Virus record (IMG/VR): IMGVR_UViG_3300008085_000069
Span: 1-36,078 of that record
Reading direction: 5' to 3' (one strand)
From: a virus
Taxonomy: Duplodnaviria; Caudoviricetes
DNA length: 36,078 bases
Notes under the pieces: model-generated
Databases searched by the model: none
The model's input: the letters and a program-made list of their open reading frames with translations, nothing else
What the model was told of the DNA's origin: nothing
Shown: positions 9,023 to 17,597 of the stretch, one piece after another
How positions within the stretch are numbered: the first letter of the stretch is position 1
Layout: every line of letters begins with the position of its first letter
Position numbers and translations under genes: made by a program

Positions 9023-9079
9023 GTCTGGAGAAGTGGGCGAAGGCCGCCGCTTACCGGCTGCAATTGCATGGAGGCAAGG

Positions 9080-9244
9080 ATGAACAGGAGATCGCTGAAG
9101 GGATTTTGGCGGAGCTACAACGAGGAGATCGCTACGGTCGTGCTGCTGGCTGTGCTTGTGGCGGCTGTTGCGCTGATGGGCTTCACCGCCCTGTCGCCGG
9201 ACGAGATGCTGGCGCTAACTGACCGGTTGCTGGAGGCCCAATGA
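9080..9244 (+). CDS. Small membrane protein (54 aa)
   Basis: SD GGAGG; TM segment IATVVLLAVLVAAVALMGFTAL; ATGA overlap with 9241. Confidence 0.65.
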   Translation: MNRRSLKGFWRSYNEEIATVVLLAVLVAAVALMGFTALSPDEMLALTDRLLEAQ

Positions 9245-9483
9245 TCGACGCACGCATCGCCGGGATTCCATGCCTGATCGAAGTCGACAGCTGCACCATC
9301 GTCCCGCCCTGGAAGGGACCGGCCAGCACCGCCCCGTCGGATCTGGACTATTACGGCTACAGCGAGATCGAGTTCACCGTCTGCGACCGTCGGGGACGGC
9401 CCGCCCCCTGGCTGGAGCGCAAGATGAGCAAGCAGGACCGGATCGCCATCGAAGAAGAGATCCTCGCCAGCCGGCGAGACTAG
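9241..9483 (+). CDS. Hypothetical phage protein
   Basis: SD GGAGG, phage-typical codon usage. Confidence 0.75.
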   Translation: MIDARIAGIPCLIEVDSCTIVPPWKGPASTAPSDLDYYGYSEIEFTVCDRRGRPAPWLERKMSKQDRIAIEEEILASRRD

Positions 9484-9502
9484 TCACCAAAAGGAGAGAG
9501 AG

Positions 9503-10732
9503 ATGGAATTAGCGATTCAGAACATCAACATCCCCAAGGAGTACGGCGTCAGTGACGCGAAGATCGCCGAGATCGCCGAGAAGTACAAGGACCTGCAGGA
9601 GATCAAGGACACCGCCTCGCGGTCCATGGCCGCTGCCGGGCGACGGGAATGCCGGGAGCTGCGGGTGGCCATCGAGCACAAGCGCAAGGAACTGAAGGCC
9701 GACGCTCTGGAGTTCGGCCGCCGGGTCGACGGCGAGGCCAAGCGGATCATCGAGAAGTTGCGCGAGATCGAAGAGCCCCTCGATGCCCTGATCAAGGCCG
9801 ACGAGGCCCGCCGGGAAGAGGAGCGCCAGGCCAAGCTTCGCACCATCGCCGAAGCCGAAGCCAAGGAGCGGGCGCGGATCGACGCCATCAGGGACCGCAT
9901 TGAGCGGAACTATGGGGCCGCCCGGATTCTCTCCCTGCACTCGATGTCGGCGCAGGAGCTCGGTGGACTCCCGATGGAAGCCGACCTCGAAGGCTATGAG
10001 GAGTTGGCCGAAGAGGCCCAAGCGCGGCGCGAAGAGTTCACCGCCAAAGCCATGGAGATTTTGGAGCAGAAGACGGCCGCCGAAGCCCTGGTGGAGCGCC
10101 AGCGCCTGGAGGCGGAGCGGCTGGCCGAAGAGCGCCGGTCCTTCGAAGAAGAACAGCGCCTCGCCCGGGAGAAGGCCGAAGCCGAGCAGAGAGCCCGCGA
10201 GGAGAATGAGCGCCATGAACGCGAAGAGCGCGAGCGGATGGAGGCCGAGCGGCAGGCCCGCATCCAGGAAGAGCAGGAGCGGATGGAGGCCGAGCGCCGC
10301 AAGCTGCGCGAGGAGCAGGAGGCCATGGAGGCCGAGAAGCGCCGGATCGAAGAAGAGCGCCTGGCCAAGATCCGCGCCGAGGACGAGGAGAATCGCCGCC
10401 AGGAGCTGGCGGAGCAGGCTCGCCTTCGCGCCGAGCAGGAGCTCAAGGAGCGCCAGGAACGCGAAGAGCGCGAGCGCCGGGACCGGGAAGAGGCCGAGCG
10501 GATGGCCAAGGAGCGCCAGGAGATGCTGCGCCCGGACCGGGAGAAGCTCAAGCTCTTGGCCGGATCCCTGTGCGCCCTGCCGTTTCCCAACCTGACCACC
10601 GCCGAGGGGCACAAGGCCATGGCCCGGATCGAGAAGAAGTTCGACGCTCTGGCCGAGTTCATCGTCATGCAGGCCGAGAAGATGGCCGAGGAGCCCGAAG
10701 AGGTCGAGCCGCTGGAGGCGGCCACGGCATGA
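9503..10732 (+). CDS. Long coiled-coil protein of the recombination module (DUF1351-like N-terminus)
   Basis: LRVAIEHKRKELKADALEFGRRVDGEAK motif; E/R/A-rich coiled coil; upstream of ERF. Confidence 0.75.
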   Translation: MELAIQNINIPKEYGVSDAKIAEIAEKYKDLQEIKDTASRSMAAAGRRECRELRVAIEHKRKELKADALEFGRRVDGEAKRIIEKLREIEEPLDALIKADEARREEERQAKLRTIAEAEAKERARIDAIRDRIERNYGAARILSLHSMSAQELGGLPMEADLEGYEELAEEAQARREEFTAKAMEILEQKTAAEALVERQRLEAERLAEERRSFEEEQRLAREKAEAEQRAREENERHEREERERMEAERQARIQEEQERMEAERRKLREEQEAMEAEKRRIEEERLAKIRAEDEENRRQELAEQARLRAEQELKERQEREERERRDREEAERMAKERQEMLRPDREKLKLLAGSLCALPFPNLTTAEGHKAMARIEKKFDALAEFIVMQAEKMAEEPEEVEPLEAATA

Positions 10733-10881
10733 AGCCGCGGCGGATTCTGGAGCATGAGCCGTGCCGGTGCTGCAAGGGGAGGTTCCCCGAGATCTGCCTG
10801 ACCTGCAAGGGCGCCGGCATCACCGACAAGAGGATCACGATCTACCCCGATGGGGGAAGAGAGATGGAGAGGCCGCGATGA
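10729..10881 (+). CDS. Small zinc-finger protein (50 aa)
   Basis: CRCCKG...CLTCKGAG; ATGA overlaps on both sides. Confidence 0.65.
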   Translation: MKPRRILEHEPCRCCKGRFPEICLTCKGAGITDKRITIYPDGGREMERPR

Positions 10882-11621
10882 CCACGGAGAACAACAACAG
10901 AGACATGATTGTCCATGAGGCCAGGGCCATCACGCCCATGGACCTGATCCAGCAGGCCAGCGGGGCGGGGGCGTCCATCGAAAAGATGGAGCAGCTGTTC
11001 ACCCTTCAGCTGCGCTGGGAAGAGAACGAGTCGAAGAAGGCTTATCACCGGGCCGTCGCCGCCTTCAAGTCGGAGACGATCAACATCGTCAAGGATAAGA
11101 AGGTCGGCTACACCAACAAAGACGGGACCTTCACCGGCTACACCCACGCCACCCTTGGCAACATCGTCCAGACCATCATCCCCATCATGGGCAAACACGG
11201 GCTGTCCCATTCGTGGAACGTCGAGCAGGCGGGCAACATATCGGTGACCTGCCGGCTGGCCCACGAACTCGGACACTCCACCTCCGTCACGATGGAAGCC
11301 GGCAAAGACGACTCCGGCAAGAAGAACGCCATCCAGCAGGTGGCCTCGACCATCACCTACCTGGAGCGCTACACCCTGCTGGCTATTACCGGCCTGGCCA
11401 CGGCCGACCAGGACGACGACGCCAAGGAGAGCGAAGCGCCCAAGGTCCAGCTCATGGACGACGAGCAGCTGGCCAATATCGACGCCCTGATCTGCGAGAC
11501 GGGGGCCAACGTGGCAGCTTTTTGCAAATACATGCGGGTGGAGAAAATCACCGACATCCCCGCTGCCCACTATGTGGCCGCCGTACGGGCCTTGGAGAAA
11601 AAACGGAAGGAGGCGAAGTAA
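10878..11621 (+). CDS. erf: ERF-family single-strand annealing protein
   Basis: YTHATL, HGLSHSW, AHELGH, Q.VASTITYLERYTLLAITGLAT.DQDDD signature. Confidence 0.9.
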   Translation: MTTENNNRDMIVHEARAITPMDLIQQASGAGASIEKMEQLFTLQLRWEENESKKAYHRAVAAFKSETINIVKDKKVGYTNKDGTFTGYTHATLGNIVQTIIPIMGKHGLSHSWNVEQAGNISVTCRLAHELGHSTSVTMEAGKDDSGKKNAIQQVASTITYLERYTLLAITGLATADQDDDAKESEAPKVQLMDDEQLANIDALICETGANVAAFCKYMRVEKITDIPAAHYVAAVRALEKKRKEAK

Positions 11622-12247
11622 TGAGCGCTGCTATCGAACAGAGGACTGAGGAATGGTTTGCCGCCCGCTTGGGCAAGGTGACCGCCAGTAAGATCAACGA
11701 TGTCATGGCCCGGCTGAAAAATGGCGGGGAGGCGGCCGGGCGCAAGAACTACCGGGTGCAGCTGGCCGTCGAACGCCTGACGGGGCAGAAGACCAACACC
11801 TTCGCCAACGGGGCCATGCAGTGGGGGATCGATCAGGAGCCCTTCGCCCGCGAAGCCTATGAGTTCATAGCCGGGACTTCCGTGGAGCAGGTCGGCTTCG
11901 TCGATCACGCCCACCTCCCCATGGCCGGGTGCTCTCCGGACGGGATGATCGGGAGCGACGGCATGTGCGAGATCAAGTGCCCCAACACCGCCACCCATGT
12001 CGAATGGATGCTGGCGGGTAATGTCCCCTCCGAGCACGTCAACCAGATGCTCTTCCAGATGGACTGCTGCAAGCGGCAGTGGTGCGATTTCGTCAGTTAC
12101 GACCCGAGGATGCCGATCGATCTGCAGCTCTTCGTTAGGCGTCTGCACTGGGACGACGCCGCCATCGAAAAGATCCGCTATGAGGTCATCGCCCTTCTCG
12201 ACGAAGTAGATCAGCTGATCACTCAGCTCGAAGCGATCCGCGCATGA
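11621..12247 (+). CDS. YqaJ/lambda-type exonuclease
   Basis: QRTEEWFAARLGKVTAS, CSPDG, EIKCP, WCDFVSYDPR. Confidence 0.93.
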   Translation: MSAAIEQRTEEWFAARLGKVTASKINDVMARLKNGGEAAGRKNYRVQLAVERLTGQKTNTFANGAMQWGIDQEPFAREAYEFIAGTSVEQVGFVDHAHLPMAGCSPDGMIGSDGMCEIKCPNTATHVEWMLAGNVPSEHVNQMLFQMDCCKRQWCDFVSYDPRMPIDLQLFVRRLHWDDAAIEKIRYEVIALLDEVDQLITQLEAIRA

Positions 12248-12711
12248 AGACCGTCCTTCGCACCGAGCAGGACCGCAACCGCCTGCGGGAGATCGTAGAA
12301 AGGATGCCTCTCGACCCTCCACGGGAGGTGGAGATCCGTATCGCCAAAGATGCCCGGTCCATCCAGCAGCATCGATTGTACTGGGTCTGGAATACCCACA
12401 TCGCCGGGGAGACCGGACACTCCAAAGACGAGATCCACGAGATGAACAAGGAGCGGTTTCTCGTGCGGATCTACGAAAGGGACGATAGCGGCTTTGCGGC
12501 CATGATCGAAGCGGTGCGAGAAGTTTACAGAAGGGGGATGAAGGTCCAGGGCCAAGCCCTCAAAAAGGAAATACTCCGCCTGACTTCGACGGCGACGGCC
12601 AACAAGGAACAGTTCACGGAATTTCTGAGCGACATGGAGCGCTATTACATGGACCAAGGGATTTATCTCCCAAGGCCGGAAGATGTTTATAGGGAGGCTA
12701 TGGCGGCATGA
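12244..12711 (+). CDS. ninB: NinB/Orf-like recombination protein
   Basis: RSIQQHRLYWVW...HEMNKERFL...STATANKEQFTEFL. Confidence 0.8.
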   Translation: MKTVLRTEQDRNRLREIVERMPLDPPREVEIRIAKDARSIQQHRLYWVWNTHIAGETGHSKDEIHEMNKERFLVRIYERDDSGFAAMIEAVREVYRRGMKVQGQALKKEILRLTSTATANKEQFTEFLSDMERYYMDQGIYLPRPEDVYREAMAA

Positions 12712-13265
12712 AAGAAGAGTGGAGACCAGTTCCTGGATGGGAGGGAGTTTACGAAGTCTCGAGCTTTTGTCGGGTGCGGAGCTTGACCAGACAGATATCA
12801 ACGTGTGGAAGGTCAAGGAATTTCACAACCAGGGAGCTTAAGGGGAGGCTTTTGGTCCCGACTCTGGACAGGGCCGGATACTTACGGGTGGACCTGAAGT
12901 TTGGGAGGAAGAGAAAGAATTCTTTGCTTCATCGAGTCTTTGCAGAGGTGTTTATACCCAACCCAGAAGGGAAGCCCCACATCAACCACAAAGACGGAGT
13001 GAAGACGAATAACGACTCAAGCAACCTCGAATGGTGCAGCCACAAAGAAAACATGGGACACGCATTCTCCACCGGCTTGACGCCAAGACCTAAAAACGGA
13101 TCTGGCGAACTGTCACCGGCAAGCAAGTTGGCAGCAGAAGATGTTGCCGAGATCAAGGAACGCCTGAAAGCAGGGGAAGGCGGGGGCAGCATCGCCAATG
13201 ATTATCCCGTCAGCCGTAATGCAATCTACGAAATAAAAGCAGGCCGATCATGGAGGGCCGCATGA
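12708..13265 (+). CDS. NUMOD4-HNH homing endonuclease
   Basis: EEWRPVPGWEGVYEVSS (NUMOD4); HRVFAEVF, INHKDGVKTNN..SNLEWCSHKEN (HNH); more AT-rich than neighbours. Confidence 0.92.
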   Translation: MKEEWRPVPGWEGVYEVSSFCRVRSLTRQISTCGRSRNFTTRELKGRLLVPTLDRAGYLRVDLKFGRKRKNSLLHRVFAEVFIPNPEGKPHINHKDGVKTNNDSSNLEWCSHKENMGHAFSTGLTPRPKNGSGELSPASKLAAEDVAEIKERLKAGEGGGSIANDYPVSRNAIYEIKAGRSWRAA

Positions 13266-13588
13266 GCGAAGAGGCCGCCATCTACGCATTTCCGAAACGG
13301 CAGCGCTGGGAGTCCAAGAAGTACCGGGACGCCGCCAAGGATCAGCCCTGCACCCTGCGACTGTCCTGCTGCAACCGCGACAAGAAGACCACCGCCCTGG
13401 CCCACCGTCCGGGCGCGGGCATGGGGATCAAGGCCGACGACTTCGACGCGGTGGACGCCTGCAGCGCCTGCCATGACGCACTGGACGGCCGCGCCGACTG
13501 GCCTGAGGGGTACGACAAGCGGGAGGAGTTCGAGCGTGCCCGGTGGGAGACGGTGACCAGCCGCCTTAGAAGAGGAGTCCTCAGGTGA
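13262..13588 (+). CDS. DUF1364-like zinc-binding putative nuclease
   Basis: AAKDQPCTLRL.CC...LAH...GMGIKADD...ACSACHDALDG. Confidence 0.85.
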   Translation: MSEEAAIYAFPKRQRWESKKYRDAAKDQPCTLRLSCCNRDKKTTALAHRPGAGMGIKADDFDAVDACSACHDALDGRADWPEGYDKREEFERARWETVTSRLRRGVLR

Positions 13589-13761
13589 TTCGTGCCTGCT
13601 TTGCCGACAATGCCGACCTGCCGCTGGTCTACAATCACGACACGGGGGAGGTGTGGAACTGCACCCCGGCCGCTCAGGGGACGCCGAAGGCTGCCTGTCC
13701 CCACTGGCAACCGCAGCGGGCCATCGACCTAGCCCTCGACATCCTGGGGGTGAAGGAATGA
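13585..13761 (+). CDS. Hypothetical protein (58 aa)
   Basis: SD GAGGAG, GTGA overlap, open frame to TGA 13761. Confidence 0.55.
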   Translation: MIRACFADNADLPLVYNHDTGEVWNCTPAAQGTPKAACPHWQPQRAIDLALDILGVKE

Positions 13762-13801
13762 TGCAGAGTAAGTCCCATCAACCCGAGAAAGGAGACACCC
13801 G

Positions 13802-13891
13802 ATGTTCAACAAGGAGGACTATCCACCGCTGACCCTCGCCAACATCAAGATCTGGCTGGCCGAGCGCACGGACGTGAAGATTCTGGGATAA
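13802..13891 (+). CDS. 29-aa ORF, possibly a gene remnant
   Basis: SD AAGGAG; MFNKEDYPPLTLANIKIWLAERTDVKILG. Confidence 0.35.
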   Translation: MFNKEDYPPLTLANIKIWLAERTDVKILG

Positions 13892-13945
13892 ACAAAATGG
13901 GCGGGTGCCGTGGGCGTAAGGGGCGGCAGTAAAGGAGAGAGTGTG

Positions 13946-14374
13946 ATGATTCAATTTTTTGTACCGGGGACCCCGGTCCCCAAGGGGAGCGCCAAGGCCT
14001 TTGTCAACAAGCGCACCGGCCGCGCCCAGGTGTTGCAGGATAACCGGGAGAAGCAAAGGCCGTGGGCCTCGCTGGTTTCCTTCCAGGCGCAACAGGTGGT
14101 TTCCGCCGTCACCGTCGGCCCGGTGCGCCTCACCCTGCACTTCACTTTGCCACGGCCCAAGTCCCACTTCGGCAGCGGTAAGAACACAGCGATCGTCAAG
14201 GCGAGCGCCCCCTACCTGCACGTCTCCAAGCCGGATCTCGACAAACTGGTGCGCTGTGTCAAGGACGCCCTGACAGGAGTCGTTTACCACGACGACAGCC
14301 AGGTCTGTTCCCTGGTGACAGGCAAGGTCTACGGGGACCGGACGGGGGTTCTGGTCAAGGTGGAGGCGCTGTGA
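13946..14374 (+). CDS. rusA: RusA-family Holliday junction resolvase
   Basis: VPGTPVPKGS, KPDLDKL, DALTGVVYHDDSQV. Confidence 0.92.
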   Translation: MIQFFVPGTPVPKGSAKAFVNKRTGRAQVLQDNREKQRPWASLVSFQAQQVVSAVTVGPVRLTLHFTLPRPKSHFGSGKNTAIVKASAPYLHVSKPDLDKLVRCVKDALTGVVYHDDSQVCSLVTGKVYGDRTGVLVKVEAL

Positions 14375-14571
14375 ACCTCTATCCCCGCACCCGCCAGATT
14401 ATCCTGGCCGAGAGGGTGGTCACCGAACTGCTGACGGCCAATGAAGCCACGACGCCATTTCAGGCCAAGCGGGCGCTGAAGCTCGCCATCGCCACGGCGC
14501 AGGAGTACGAGCGGGAGCGGCAGATGGATCTGGCCTACAAGGAGAGAGGAAGGAAACAGCGCGATGTCTGA
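14371..14571 (+). CDS. Hypothetical protein
   Basis: GTGA overlap and SD GGAGG. Confidence 0.65.
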   Translation: MNLYPRTRQIILAERVVTELLTANEATTPFQAKRALKLAIATAQEYERERQMDLAYKERGRKQRDV

Positions 14572-14905
14572 TGTAACGGAAGCAAGACGACAGCCGACCT
14601 TGTTTGAGGCCGACCGCCAGACGATGACGGAGGCTATTGCTATCACCACCGACTCCCTGCGGGTCTACGGTGCCAAATATGATCACTGGGTAATCGCATA
14701 CAGCGGCGGGAAGGATTCCTCTGCCTTTGCCAGCCTGGTGCCACAACTGATCGCAAACGGCAACGTTCCGGTTCCGAAGAGCCTGACCGTCCTTTATGCC
14801 GATACCCGTCTCGAGCTGCCACCTCTACAGAACTCGGCCATGGTGATGCTGGACAAACTCCGGGAGCTCGGCTTCGATATCGTCGACATTCTGGAGACCT
14901 CCTGA
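14564..14905 (+). pseudogene. Truncated PAPS-reductase-family (DndC-like) protein, N-terminal 113 aa only
   Basis: PP-loop IAYSGGKDSS and YADTRLELP; lacks the later Cys cluster and P(I/L)..W motifs. Confidence 0.75.
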
Positions 14906-15156
14906 TGGAATCCTGGGACCAGTACCGCCTGCGCATGGAGACCAAAGAAAAGGAAAAGGCCCGCGAGCCCAACCCGATGGTCCGCACCTACGGTCCGGGC
15001 CCGGACGGGCGGATCTGCCGCGAGTGCCGCCACCTGATCGCCAAAAGATTTGCCAAAACCTATTACAAGTGCCGGTACCGGGCGAACACCAACGGCCCAG
15101 GGACCGATCATCGTGTGCGCTGGGGTGCCTGCGCCAAATTTGAGGAGATGCCATGA
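14905..15156 (+). CDS. Cys-rich hypothetical protein
   Basis: CRECRHL...YYKC...ACAKF; TGATG overlap. Confidence 0.7.
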   Translation: MESWDQYRLRMETKEKEKAREPNPMVRTYGPGPDGRICRECRHLIAKRFAKTYYKCRYRANTNGPGTDHRVRWGACAKFEEMP

Positions 15157-15197
15157 ACAGGAAGGAAGTCGAGATCATCCTGAAACGGCTCGAATCA

Positions 15198-15256
15198 CCC
15201 TAACGCTTTAGATAACCGCGCTGGCGTAGCCAGTCCGGTTGATTAGATGGTTATGC
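15198..15256 (-). other. Integron attC site (59-base element)
   Basis: Minus strand: R'' GCATAAC, 5-nt spacer, L'' AATCAACC (extra C), GC stem CTGGC-TAC-GCCAG, L' GGTTATC, 6-nt spacer, R' GTTAGGG; 59 bp. Confidence 0.8.
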
Positions 15257-15550
15257 GCAGCACGCTTGGAGGATGTCATGGAACTGATAAGCGAATCCAA
15301 ACCGATAGCTCGAAAGCACTACAACTGCGATGCCTGCGAGTGGATTTTTAATGGCGACGTCGGACCAGAGTTTTACACGGCTGATGAGCTGCTTCTGATC
15401 GATGCAGCCAAAGCAGACAAACGTAAAATTTTGCCTGGGCAGCGATATGTAAAGCAGACGCTCAGAGATGGCCGTGAACTGCTGACGTACCGCGCCAGAA
15501 TTGACATGCACGATATCTGTCTCAAGTACGACATTTTTTTAGACGCATAA
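15204..15550 (-). mobile_element. Solitary integron-type gene cassette (347 bp)
   Basis: Bounded on the minus strand by G^TTATGC (15551-15545) and the attC R' G^TTAGGG; the first core is the exact complement of R''; AT-richer than flanks. Confidence 0.72.
15278..15550 (+). CDS. Cassette-borne hypothetical protein (90 aa, ARK.Y.CDAC motif)
   Basis: SD GGAGGA; the stop TAA lies inside the GCATAAC core. Confidence 0.8.
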   Translation: MELISESKPIARKHYNCDACEWIFNGDVGPEFYTADELLLIDAAKADKRKILPGQRYVKQTLRDGRELLTYRARIDMHDICLKYDIFLDA

Positions 15551-15551
15551 C

Positions 15552-15684
15552 ACAGCGCCGAGACCTACCTGCGCATCCTGGCCCGGGAAAAGGGGGGAGG
15601 CCTGCGTGGTCGACCTGCTCGACCAGGTGAAGGCGAAGAACCGGGAGCGAGGCTATTACCTGGAGAATGCCGATGAAATGTGAA
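15552..15684 (+). pseudogene. Start-less, frameshifted gene fragment (C-terminus resembles MazG-like proteins)
   Basis: AETYLRILAREKG then, after a frameshift in a G6 run, EACVVDLLDQVKAKNRERGYY. Confidence 0.3.
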
Positions 15685-15703
15685 GGAAGGACAGAAGTCT
15701 ATT

Positions 15704-15722
15704 CCCGCGTCTGCGGGTTTTT
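15704..15722 (+). terminator. Putative intrinsic terminator before the replication module
   Basis: CCCGC-gtct-GCGGG followed by TTTTT. Confidence 0.55.
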
Positions 15723-15805
15723 CCGGCCAGTGTAACAATGGAACAAGGGGAAGAAGGAGGAGTTCAAAGACCGGCGGGAGTATGTCGTCAAGGGAGGGCC
15801 AAACC

Positions 15806-16204
15806 ATGACCAATTTGAAAGAGTACACCGCTTTTGACTGCGAGGAGTGCCCTTTGTCCGACTGTTACCCGGCAAATCCCATGTGCCCCGTACTGAGGAG
15901 AGAGCTGCAAGAGAAAGGTCTACCCCCTCCCGAGATACGCGAGTTGATGCAGGAGATTCCCAGGGTAGGCAGACCGAAAAAAACCCAGGCCGCCCCCCAG
16001 AATTATCAGGACCGGAAGGATTACATGAAGAAGTACAAGCACAACTACCGCCGTGTTTCCTTGCGCGGAGTCAAGCTGCGCAAGATGGACATCGAGGTCC
16101 TGGTGGATCACTTTGATCTCCACGGGGAGGGATTCGAAGCGGAGATCTCGACCATGCTGGAGTTCTGGGCGCAGCTGATCCGGGAGAAGAGGAAGGGATT
16201 ATGA
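15806..16204 (+). CDS. Hypothetical Cys-rich protein with AT-hook-like GRPKK, possible regulator
   Basis: SD GGAGG; CEECPLSDC...C. Confidence 0.7.
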   Translation: MTNLKEYTAFDCEECPLSDCYPANPMCPVLRRELQEKGLPPPEIRELMQEIPRVGRPKKTQAAPQNYQDRKDYMKKYKHNYRRVSLRGVKLRKMDIEVLVDHFDLHGEGFEAEISTMLEFWAQLIREKRKGL

Positions 16205-17328
16205 GGTGGTTTAAACATATCGCAATGACTCACCAGAACGAGGACGGCGCCGCCATCATCGAGACGATGGGAGCTGAAGGGTATGGCGTCTGGTGGATCA
16301 TTCTGGAGGTCATCGCCTCACAGATGGACACGACAGACAAATGCAGCGCCAATTATTCGGCGAAAAAATGGGGAAGTTTCTGCGGGTTTTCTGCCAAAAG
16401 ATTCCAGAAAGTTGCCGAAAAGTTGGCCGAATTTTCGTCAATTTCCGTGAAAAAAACGGGAGAGTTTTTAGAAATTGAGTGCCATAACTTATTGAAATAC
16501 CGAGATGAGTACTCGAAAAAATCCGGACAAACTCCGGACAAAGTCCGGAGCAAGATACAGAAACAGATACAGAAACAGAAACAGAATACAGAGAAGAATA
16601 ATAATCTCTCGTCGGGCAAGCCCGCCGATGAGTGTTTCGGTCTCGAGTCGGTGACCGCTCAGGATTTCAAAGACTGGAAGATCCTTTACCCGGAAGTGAA
16701 CATCCACTTGATCATCAAGAAAGCCGTCGCCTATTGGGATCAGCATCCCGAGCGCCGGGAGAAGGACCTGAAGATCCGCGACTGGATGGTCAAGGCCCTC
16801 CAGAAGGAGCAGGACAAGATCGAGAAAGAGAGGATCGTCGCGGAGTGGTTCGAGGCGGTCTGGGAGATGTACCCACGCAAGGACGGGAAGAAGGAGGCCT
16901 TTCGGCACTTCCGGGCCAGCGTCCAAACCGAGGCCGCCTTGAACGCCCTGCACCAGGCGCTGCGCAACTACCTGCAGCATCTGGCCAGCGAGGGGACCGA
17001 GCCGCGCTTCATCAAGGCCGGATCCACCTGGTTTAACAACTGGCGCGACTGGCTGGAGCGGTCTCCCGTCGGGCCACCAGAACCGCCATCGTTCCCCCGC
17101 AGCCGGCAAGCCCTGGGGAGCGAGGTTTTAGCCGAAATGAAGAGGAGGATACAAAATGGAATGGCTCCTACTGGAGATTCTGAACGGCCTGGAGAAGCTC
17201 TATGCCATCCGCTTGAAGTACGCCCCGGCGGCCGATCAGCTGCAGAACTGCGCCCAGGGGTGGATGGAGGTGGCGATGGAGAATATCTCCCGGCCCGATC
17301 AGGTGGAGGACACCGCTCGAATTCGTGA
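16201..17328 (+). CDS. Replication initiator (lambda O-type architecture, Lin1244/DUF4373-like N-terminus)
   Basis: MRWFKH...GAEGYGVWWIILE; central iterons; FEAVWEMYPRKDGK...STWFNNWRDW. Confidence 0.8.
   Translation: MRWFKHIAMTHQNEDGAAIIETMGAEGYGVWWIILEVIASQMDTTDKCSANYSAKKWGSFCGFSAKRFQKVAEKLAEFSSISVKKTGEFLEIECHNLLKYRDEYSKKSGQTPDKVRSKIQKQIQKQKQNTEKNNNLSSGKPADECFGLESVTAQDFKDWKILYPEVNIHLIIKKAVAYWDQHPERREKDLKIRDWMVKALQKEQDKIEKERIVAEWFEAVWEMYPRKDGKKEAFRHFRASVQTEAALNALHQALRNYLQHLASEGTEPRFIKAGSTWFNNWRDWLERSPVGPPEPPSFPRSRQALGSEVLAEMKRRIQNGMAPTGDSERPGEALCHPLEVRPGGRSAAELRPGVDGGGDGEYLPARSGGGHRSNS
16522..16591. repeat. Putative replication origin: iterons plus A-rich tandem repeats
   Basis: TCCGGA at 16522, 16533 and 16544 (11-bp period), then AGATACAGAAAC x2 and variants. 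Confidence 0.7.
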
Positions 17329-17584
17329 GGCTTTCCGCAAGATGCGGGCGAGCTGCACCGAGTGGCCGGCGCCGGCTCAGCTTCTGGCCGCCCTGCCGGA
17401 GCGCAAGAGGCGGGAGGTATCCGGTAACCTGGTCATGCTTCCAGAGCCGGAGCGGCGGGAGAACTTCAAGCGGCTGGGGCGGCTGATCGCCGAGATCACC
17501 AGCGACAAGGACATCAACGGGGGGAGGATCATCCCCAACGAGAGGCACCGGGCCGAGCGGCACGGGCAGGAAACCGCCAAATAA
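17156..17584 (+). CDS. Hypothetical protein, possible helicase loader (P-position)
   Basis: Strong SD AGGAGGA; WPAPAQLL motif; follows the initiator. Confidence 0.65.
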   Translation: MEWLLLEILNGLEKLYAIRLKYAPAADQLQNCAQGWMEVAMENISRPDQVEDTARIREAFRKMRASCTEWPAPAQLLAALPERKRREVSGNLVMLPEPERRENFKRLGRLIAEITSDKDINGGRIIPNERHRAERHGQETAK

Positions 17585-17597
17585 AAGGAGAGTCGGC

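Noticed and set aside
9019-9222. ORF MSLEKW...CACGGCC as a Cys-rich peptide
   Set aside because: Its 3' part overlaps the better-supported membrane-protein frame 9080-9244; the Cys/Gly run is the off-frame reading of Val/Leu/Ala codons
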